NCBI GenBank assembly: GCA_043805855.1
Contig: JAZDHP010000022.1
Coordinates: forward strand, 1 to 10,972
Reading direction: 5' to 3'
Source of the DNA: Candidatus Micrarchaeota archaeon
Lineage (GTDB): Archaea; Micrarchaeota; Micrarchaeia; Norongarragalinales; UBA8480
DNA: 10,972 bases
The position numbers and the translations under genes were made by a program. The notes beneath the pieces were generated by a model. That model worked only from the letters and a program-made list of their open reading frames with translations, was not told the origin of the DNA and searched no databases. This document shows positions 1-5,766 of this stretch, piece by piece (the first letter of the stretch is position 1; each line of letters starts with the position of its first letter).

Positions 1-8
1 AGAGAGTT

Positions 9-35
9 AAAGAAAAAAAATGTAAAAATAAAAAA
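9..35 (-). terminator. Oligo-T archaeal terminator of the SWIB-like gene
   Basis: The minus strand carries T6, T5 and T8 runs 30-55 nt after the TAG. Confidence 0.55.
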
Positions 36-64
36 GATATTTGTATGAACGCTAGCAAACTAAA

Positions 65-223
65 CTATTTGCTTGAGAGGCCTTTCTTCTTGATGAAGAC
101 CCACAGTTTCTTGGTCATTTCACTCGGAGTTAATGCTCCAGTTCCGAAAACTTCGCTCAAAGTTGCGTCGCTAACGGCCTTAAAGGATATACTGTATCCA
201 CCAAACGGTTTCCTAACTACCAT
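65..223 (-). CDS. Small SWIB/MDM2-like domain protein, 52 aa (below the ORF-track cutoff)
   Basis: Manual translation from ATG (223-221) to TAG (67-65): MVVRKPFGGYSISFKAVSDATLSEVFGTGALTPSEMTKKLWVFIKKKGLSSK. The segment LSEVFG..ALTPSEMTKKLWVFIKKKGL matches the SWIB core pattern L..v.G....R.ev.KKLW.YIK...L. Supported by an SD (AGGTGA, 239-234), an upstream TATA and a downstream oligo-T tract. Confidence 0.8.
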   Translation of the reverse strand: MVVRKPFGGYSISFKAVSDATLSEVFGTGALTPSEMTKKLWVFIKKKGLSSK

Positions 224-304
224 ATTTTTTAAATCACCTATTTTTTACAACGTAAAAAAGAGACTACCCCCCACTTTACGTCTAGAAAGGCTACTCGCCA
301 CACC

Positions 305-312
305 TATATAAA
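305..312 (-). promoter_or_regulatory. TATA box for the SWIB-like gene
   Basis: The minus strand reads GGGAATGG-TTTATATA, a consensus archaeal TATA with a purine-rich upstream element. It implies a 5' UTR of about 55-60 nt containing the SD. Confidence 0.6.
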
Positions 313-387
313 CCATTCCCCACCTCTAGAAAAGTCACTTTTACATCTAGGATTTGCCAGTAGTAACGTTTTTATGGCCTGAAACCA

Positions 388-412
388 TAGGGTTACGTCA
401 GAGGTAACCCTA
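388..412. promoter_or_regulatory. Perfect 9-bp inverted repeat (operator or RBS hairpin) before ORF 416
   Basis: TAGGGTTAC-gtcagag-GTAACCCTA. It overlaps the SD-like GAGGT (401-405) and lies downstream of TATA-like TTTTTATG (369-376). Confidence 0.55.
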
Positions 413-415
413 AAA

Positions 416-898
416 ATGCAACGCGATGATGATGGAGATTACGAAGATAAAGAAGGCGAAAACATGTGCGCCGAAACAGAAGACTCTTACATAACTGACA
501 AGAAATACAAGTGCGACAAATGCGGCAAGAAAAAAACAGAAAAAGCCGGCACTCTATTTGCACCATTCTGCTGTAACCGCATAATGAAACTAACTCACAA
601 ATTGGAACACAAGTTCGACTTTGAAAGCATAATTAAACGTTCACTCGAAAAAGAAAACAAATTATTTCCAATAAGCAAAACCGCAAAAGCTAAGCTAAAA
701 GCTGCAAAGAAAGCCAAAGTAAAGGCGAAGAAGTCAAAAGTAAAAACAAAAAACAAGAAACCAACAAAAGTTAAAGCCAAAAAACTAGCCAAAGTTAAGA
801 AAACCGCAAAAAAAGTCAAGGTAAAGAAACCAAAAGTAAAAAAAGCTAAAGCAAAGAAAGTGGCTAAGCAAAAGAAAGGCAAAAAGAGTAGAAAATGA
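416..898 (+). CDS. Protein with acidic N-terminus, desulforedoxin-type CxxC-x15-CC metal site and histone H1-like Lys/Ala/Val-rich tail
   Basis: Contains YKCDKCG-x14-CCNRIM (C33, C36, C52, C53). The last 73 aa contain 39 Lys. The stop overlaps the next start (ATGA). Confidence 0.8.
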   Translation: MQRDDDGDYEDKEGENMCAETEDSYITDKKYKCDKCGKKKTEKAGTLFAPFCCNRIMKLTHKLEHKFDFESIIKRSLEKENKLFPISKTAKAKLKAAKKAKVKAKKSKVKTKNKKPTKVKAKKLAKVKKTAKKVKVKKPKVKKAKAKKVAKQKKGKKSRK

Positions 899-1617
899 AA
901 TTCATTGCAAACAAACCAGCGGCGGTAATTGGCAAGACACTTGTAATCTGCGATTTACACTATGGGATTGAACTCTTTCTACAGCGTAACGGCGTGCAAA
1001 TAACCCTCGAACCGCACAAATACGCCGATGCACTTAACAAACTACAACGCGAGTCAAAAACCACTGAATTGCTCGTTGTTGGTGACTTTAAACATACCAT
1101 TACCGGCTTTGACCAGCGGGAGCGCAACTACTTCAACGAACTAATTCACTTATTGAAATTTAAAAAAATAACCATCGTTAAAGGTAACCACGACGGCAAC
1201 ATTGAACAACTCGCAAAGCCATTTCCACAAATTGAGATTCAACCACCAACCGGCTATTCGTTCAAAAACGGAAAAGTTACTTACGGTTTTTTCCACGGCC
1301 ACGCGCTACCCTCGGAAAAAGTGCTTGCTTGTCATTATATCTTTTGCGGCCATAACCACGCTGGTGTTAGAATTGGCAGTGAAAAGTTTGGCAAAACCAC
1401 ACCCGCATGGCTAGTTGTTCCATTTAACACCAAACAAAAGTTAATCGCAATGCCTTCGTTTAATCCTTTGAGTGGAAATGTCGCGTTTAACGCCGTTAAG
1501 CGCAGTTCACTTCACGGCCCAATCTTTAAGGATAAACGACTAGACTTAGAAAACGCAGAAGTGATCCAACTAAACGGACAAAGGATTGGGAAACTTAAAC
1601 ATCTACGCACGGTTTAA
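895..1617 (+). CDS. Calcineurin-like metallophosphoesterase (COG1407/PdeM-like)
   Basis: All metallophosphoesterase motifs are present: DLH, GD, GNHD, HGH, GHNH. The C-terminal MPSFNPLSG is typical of the archaeal COG1407 group. Confidence 0.9.
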   Translation: MKFIANKPAAVIGKTLVICDLHYGIELFLQRNGVQITLEPHKYADALNKLQRESKTTELLVVGDFKHTITGFDQRERNYFNELIHLLKFKKITIVKGNHDGNIEQLAKPFPQIEIQPPTGYSFKNGKVTYGFFHGHALPSEKVLACHYIFCGHNHAGVRIGSEKFGKTTPAWLVVPFNTKQKLIAMPSFNPLSGNVAFNAVKRSSLHGPIFKDKRLDLENAEVIQLNGQRIGKLKHLRTV

Positions 1618-1658
1618 AAAAGAAAGCTACACAAATAATAGAGAGTTGATATTTATCC

Positions 1659-2069
1659 ATGGCTAGGGGAAAGGAACGACAAATTATCTGTGCTGGCTGC
1701 AAACGCTACTGCCGTCGCGACAAAGCAGTTTACATTGAAAAAGTAGTATTTTCAAACCCAATTGAAAGAAAAGATACGGTTGACCAAAACGAGTACCGTG
1801 CAGTGTTCAAACGCGAAGTCGCCTACTGCCCCGGCTGTGGCAAACACTTACGCGTTTATGAAAAGAAAAAACAACAAAACGAACGCAACCGCGAGAGAGA
1901 AACCGAACGCGCAATAAGAACGCCAGCATTCAGCGAGAGACACTCAAGAAGCGGCGGTTACAAAGAAGACGAAACACAAACTTCAACACAAAACGACACA
2001 AACCGACCACAACAATACAGGCAAGGCAAACAAACCCAAGACACGCCAAAAGAAACACAAACCCAATAA
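1659..2069 (+). CDS. rps26e: 30S ribosomal protein eS26 (S26e)-like, with a long low-complexity C-terminal tail
   Basis: RG....I.CAGC.R...RDKA followed by YCPGC.KH.RV matches the eS26 pattern RG....v.C.nC.R.vP.DKA ... YCvsCA.H..vv. Confidence 0.75.
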   Translation: MARGKERQIICAGCKRYCRRDKAVYIEKVVFSNPIERKDTVDQNEYRAVFKREVAYCPGCGKHLRVYEKKKQQNERNRERETERAIRTPAFSERHSRSGGYKEDETQTSTQNDTNRPQQYRQGKQTQDTPKETQTQ

Positions 2070-2084
2070 ATTGCCCCAAGCAAA

Positions 2085-2097
2085 TTCTTTTTTTATT
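2085..2097 (+). terminator. Oligo-T terminator after eS26
   Basis: TTCTTTTTTTATT begins about 15 nt after the TAA, in a convergent intergenic region. Confidence 0.55.
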
Positions 2098-2148
2098 CCA
2101 CTTAGATTTAACAATGAGCTCCAGCTAGTTCAAACCAAAAAAATTCGG

Positions 2149-3582
2149 TCAGTGGGAAAAAACTCCTAGTGACTTCTCTTTAAATGGAAGCGGCGACTTT
2201 CCGATTTGTCTTGTCAGACGGTCGGTTTTAAATGCGTTTTGTGGCGCTATTCTGTATTTTCTTTTATTAGGAATTGGAAGCGCTTGTGGTTTGCGTAGCA
2301 TTTCTTTATGTGCACGGACTAAGGCGATTTCAATTGGCCGGTTTATAATTAAATCAAAGTTGGGTATTTTAATCCCGAGCGCGTCTTCGTGTTTTCTCTT
2401 TGTAGCTTCGCCGTGGAACTTTGCCCCACTTAAGTACAAAGCGGCAAATAGTTTTCGCTTAAAGTCGTTTTTATCAGTTTCACGAGGGCAGTTCCTTAAA
2501 ACATAGTTGTCTATTTTTGCCATTTCATGGCCAAGGTATTCACCGCGTATTTCGGCACTAACTGGAATTAGCCCTCCCGAAGGAAGCATACCATGCTGAA
2601 GCGCCTCTCTACCAGGTTTATATGCCGCTAGATCTACATCTGCACCGGCGTCAGTTGTAACAATAACCGGCCGGTTCCCTGCGCGTTTAGCTACTGTTTC
2701 CAGCACGTTTTTTGCCACGTTGCCCTTTCCACTTGCCCTAAGGGCTATAACCTGAGCGGTCTTACTAATGCGAATCCCTTGTATGCTCCTCGTCTCAGAA
2801 ACTTCTATATTATCAAGCAAATCTTCTCTAACAGGAGTGAAAGTTGTTAGTGGCGCCTCATGTCTTTCCTTTTTACTTCTATACAACGCCCTTAGTGACT
2901 TGGATCCCAAAAGTTTTTTACCCCAGCCAGTTAAACGCACGTTTCCATCATAGTGCGCCTGTAAAATCACGCGCTTGTGCGGGTGGTCAAAAGCGTCTAG
3001 CTCGCTTGACTTGAGTTTCAATGCGTTTAACGAGTGGTGAACATCTGCGCCTTGTTCTATTCTATCTCTGCCAAAACATAGCACTACGTTAGGGTATTTT
3101 GCCACTGATAAGTACCACGCGGTTCTAACGGCGTTTTCGTAGTTGCGCTTAGCGTCTGTCCCTTGCTTAGCTAATTCTATTTGTGCGCCTGTGAATACAA
3201 CTGGTTTGTGCAAGTCATGTAAATGATGCGCTAACCTAGTGACTATTTTATGCATGCGGTCAGTGCCACTTATCACCACTACCCCATCTATTGTTTTATC
3301 ATTTGACAACTGTACGAGTTTTTTCCCAAGTTGGTTTAATCGCTTGACATCTATGCGCGAGCTGTCAATGTTGTACAGGAAATGCTGTTGAATTTCCACA
3401 TTGCCGGGACGAAATTCATCTATACACCAAGCGGGTTTGCCCTGTGGCCTAAGTAACGGCAGCTTAATTTCTCCAGGTTCAAGCGTTTCTCCCTTTAAAC
3501 GCATGAACACAGTGCCGCCTATTATGACAACCGCGATGCGTTTACGCGGCAATTCCCCAATCGCTTCATTTCTAATTAACAT
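2149..3582 (-). CDS. Divergent L-asparaginase/glutaminase-family protein with a basic C-terminal extension
   Basis: Motifs IGGTV (TGGTI), IDSS, SGTDRM (HGTDTM), KPVVFTGAQ, TDA..N, K....LDAF and SGKGN (G.GN). There is no GatD N-terminal domain. Confidence 0.8.
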   Translation of the reverse strand: MLIRNEAIGELPRKRIAVVIIGGTVFMRLKGETLEPGEIKLPLLRPQGKPAWCIDEFRPGNVEIQQHFLYNIDSSRIDVKRLNQLGKKLVQLSNDKTIDGVVVISGTDRMHKIVTRLAHHLHDLHKPVVFTGAQIELAKQGTDAKRNYENAVRTAWYLSVAKYPNVVLCFGRDRIEQGADVHHSLNALKLKSSELDAFDHPHKRVILQAHYDGNVRLTGWGKKLLGSKSLRALYRSKKERHEAPLTTFTPVREDLLDNIEVSETRSIQGIRISKTAQVIALRASGKGNVAKNVLETVAKRAGNRPVIVTTDAGADVDLAAYKPGREALQHGMLPSGGLIPVSAEIRGEYLGHEMAKIDNYVLRNCPRETDKNDFKRKLFAALYLSGAKFHGEATKRKHEDALGIKIPNFDLIINRPIEIALVRAHKEMLRKPQALPIPNKRKYRIAPQNAFKTDRLTRQIGKSPLPFKEKSLGVFSH

Positions 3583-3693
3583 TGTCTATTACTTAGACGC
3601 CAGCGTCCTTTTTCAAGATATCGACTGTTCGCGAGTAAGACACCGAACTATTTTTTAAGCTAAACCAGCAAATAACAAGAAACTCTAAAACAA

Positions 3694-4368
3694 CTAGCTC
3701 CGCCTTTGTAGCCCTTTACTAGCTAGCTCAGCAAGAATCTCTTCAAACTTACCCGCATGCTTTTCAGAAAAAGCTTTAATTGCAGCTCGGTTAACCTGCC
3801 CAATTTTATCTATATAATCTGGATGAAGCTGCCCTCTTGGCCAACCTAACTCAAGATTATTACCAACTTGCGTGTTGGGCTCTTCCATACCCCGGCCATA
3901 TTTACCAACAGCAGTTTCTTTTCGCCTATATTTCAAGGGGTCTAAAAAGTAAAGTTCGACAGCGACTGCGTTTCCATACCTTTCAAATTGCAATAGCGAA
4001 GGACGCGACAAATCATAATTATCAACCGGAGTTCCGTGAAAGTGAACAACCGGCGCCGTGAAACCCTTTGACTTTAGAAAATCAGTAACTTGTGAATCAT
4101 CCGGAACATTAGCATGCAACCGCTTGACAACTTCTTTACTTAACTTCCTCTTTTCTGCAGTTTTCCATAACCAGTGTGGCGTCCACCTAGCAGGAATTCT
4201 AACAACAACCGCGCCGTGCTTTTCCCATTTTTCATGATGATGCAACGCGATGTTAATCGTTCCCTCGTTCGGATGGCGGCCGACAAAAACAATTACCTTG
4301 CGCTTTGCTTCCGGAACCTGACGCAACAACTCTTCCATGTGTTTCAAATTCCTAGGCCGAAGAATCAT
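3694..4368 (-). CDS. Hypothetical protein with an M14/AstE-AspA-like zinc-binding signature, 224 aa
   Basis: Start moved to ATG 4368, because the longer ORF runs into the tRNA and TTATAA lies 23-28 nt upstream. Motifs IVFVGRHPNEG (HxxE), VVHFHG and AVAVEL. Confidence 0.6.
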   Translation of the reverse strand: MILRPRNLKHMEELLRQVPEAKRKVIVFVGRHPNEGTINIALHHHEKWEKHGAVVVRIPARWTPHWLWKTAEKRKLSKEVVKRLHANVPDDSQVTDFLKSKGFTAPVVHFHGTPVDNYDLSRPSLLQFERYGNAVAVELYFLDPLKYRRKETAVGKYGRGMEEPNTQVGNNLELGWPRGQLHPDYIDKIGQVNRAAIKAFSEKHAGKFEEILAELASKGLQRRS

Positions 4369-4435
4369 GAATAAACTAATAGCAAATAGCTTATAATCAA
4401 TTACGCACCAAACTAAATACAGAAAAAATAAATGT

Positions 4436-4626
4436 GGGCCCGTAGTCGAGAAAAGGCCCTCAAGGCCGGGCCTTTTAAACCTCGGCCAAGAGGAACTTTC
4501 GACAATGGCCAAGACGTTCGCCTTACACGCGAAAGATCCGGAGTTCGATAAGCCATGCCTTTCTTTTAGAAAAAGAAAGGCCAGGCGTGGCGAAAGAAAA
4601 CCACAACGAAAATCTCCGCGGGCCCA
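4436..4626 (+). tRNA. tRNA-Val(TAC) with two non-canonical introns (15/16: 4451-4505; 59/60: 4550-4612)
   Basis: Exons 4436-4450, 4506-4549 and 4613-4626 join into a 73-nt cloverleaf: GGGCCCG TA GTCG AGTGGCCA AGAC G TTCGC CT TAC AC GCGAA AGATC CGGAG TTCGATT CTCCG CGGGCCC A. Acceptor, anticodon and T stems pair perfectly. G15-C48, G18G19 and discriminator A73 are present. CCA is not encoded. Confidence 0.93.
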
Positions 4627-4672
4627 TATTTTTAAAATTAACTAATTTTATTTAGCCCTGCCTTTTTAGAAG

Positions 4673-5695
4673 TTACGCTGCTTCTTTTTGTTTGTTTTTT
4701 CTTTTTTGTCGTTCGGATTGGAAGAGGTCTTTGTGTCTTCTGCGTAGGCGATAGTAGTTTTCTTGCGTTGTTGCATCTTTTGGCGGGATACCGAATACCG
4801 CGCTGGTGCCAAAGGCTAAAACGTGCTTTACGCGGCTTCTACTTCGATCCAGTTGTTCAGCAATTTCACTTCTATTTTTACCTGCGATGAGTAATTGCAT
4901 TGCTTTTCCAGCTGTTTCTCCACGAAGTGCAAGCGCGTTGACAATATGTTTACGCGTCGCAAGAGAAGCGGGGTGAACGTTGTTAACTAAATCAGGCTGT
5001 AACGCGGTACCCATAACTAAATCTGGGTGCCGCCGCCATAAACTGCCGCCGGTTCGAAAGCTATTGCCACGGAGGCCAGATCTATTACTATCAAGTAAAT
5101 TTTGTGCAGCTTTATCACCACGGTTAGCTGCGATTTGAATCTTACCACGCATCGCCTCAATGAATTCAACGTCTCTTGGTCGCGTTTTAAGCGCGTCAAC
5201 TACGTCAATTGGAAATTCTTTTTCTCGTCTTTTAACCGCACGGCGCAAAAGGTAAATTGAATGTGCGCCCGTTGGCAAAACGCCGGATAATCCCAGTGCA
5301 ATTGCACGGCGAGCGCTTACCACTGCAGCACCAATATACATTGGAAACATCCTGCGAGCGAGTTTTTTAGCTAAACGCCAACTTTCCACAGTTGGGTTAC
5401 GCTCTTTTGGAAGGTTACCGGTTTCGTTATAGAAACGCACGTGGGCGTCAAGCGCCTTGACCATAGCGCTAACTATAGACTCGCTTAACTTAGCTTTCCG
5501 CGCAATTTGCCTAACGTTTTTATCCTGAAGCGCCAAACTTACAACTTCTTCATGCTGCCCACCTAAATGTCGAGCAACTTTAAGCGCATTTTCGCCGTGT
5601 TCTTTAATCCAACTTGCTCCAAAACGTCTAGGCGCCGTTGAGATAAGCATAACCTTTTTCACACTAGCTACTCGACGCGTTCGTATAGTTTTCAT
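4673..5695 (-). CDS. Basic hypothetical protein with two LuxR/sigma70-region-4-like HTH motifs (paralog 1)
   Basis: HTH-like segments LALQDKNVRQIARKAKLSESIVSAMV and LLIAGKNRSEIAEQLDRSRSRVKHVL. Colinear similarity to 5767..6870. Confidence 0.8.
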   Translation of the reverse strand: MKTIRTRRVASVKKVMLISTAPRRFGASWIKEHGENALKVARHLGGQHEEVVSLALQDKNVRQIARKAKLSESIVSAMVKALDAHVRFYNETGNLPKERNPTVESWRLAKKLARRMFPMYIGAAVVSARRAIALGLSGVLPTGAHSIYLLRRAVKRREKEFPIDVVDALKTRPRDVEFIEAMRGKIQIAANRGDKAAQNLLDSNRSGLRGNSFRTGGSLWRRHPDLVMGTALQPDLVNNVHPASLATRKHIVNALALRGETAGKAMQLLIAGKNRSEIAEQLDRSRSRVKHVLAFGTSAVFGIPPKDATTQENYYRLRRRHKDLFQSERQKRKNKQKEAA

Positions 5696-5718
5696 AATTA
5701 AATATAAACCTTCATAGA

Positions 5719-5738
5719 TTTAAAAAAAGCCCAGAATT
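5719..5738 (-). promoter_or_regulatory. TATA promoter of paralog 1 (leaderless)
   Basis: The minus strand reads AATTCTGGGCTTTTTTTAAA, with TTTAAA 24-29 nt upstream of the ATG. The element is conserved upstream of paralog 2. Confidence 0.6.
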
Positions 5739-5766
5739 CAAGTTAGCCCCTCGCATTCTTTTCACA

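Noticed and set aside
45..311. 88-aa plus-strand ORF
   Set aside because: It is the antisense shadow of the SWIB-like gene, which has the SD, TATA, terminator and a recognisable motif.
595..882. Phe/Leu-rich minus-strand ORF resembling a membrane protein
   Set aside because: It is the reverse complement of the AAA/AAG-rich Lys tail.
2149..3582. Assignment as gatD
   Set aside because: The GGT motif lies about 22 aa from the start, so the GatD N-terminal domain is absent, and no gatE is adjacent.
3596..3607. Palindrome GACGC-CA-GCGTC upstream of the asparaginase-like gene
   Set aside because: It has only 5-bp arms and a single occurrence, which is compatible with chance.
4369..4512. N-terminal extension of the 272-aa ORF
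   Set aside because: It starts at TTG inside the tRNA gene. ATG 4368 has an appropriately placed TATA.
4451..4604. Hairpins as terminators, CRISPR repeats, or a split/permuted tRNA
   Set aside because: They lie inside introns of a colinear tRNA and show no repeat-spacer periodicity.
4613..4626. tRNA 3' end as the att site of an integrated element
   Set aside because: I found no second copy of the tRNA end and no integrase in the window. A copy outside the window cannot be excluded.
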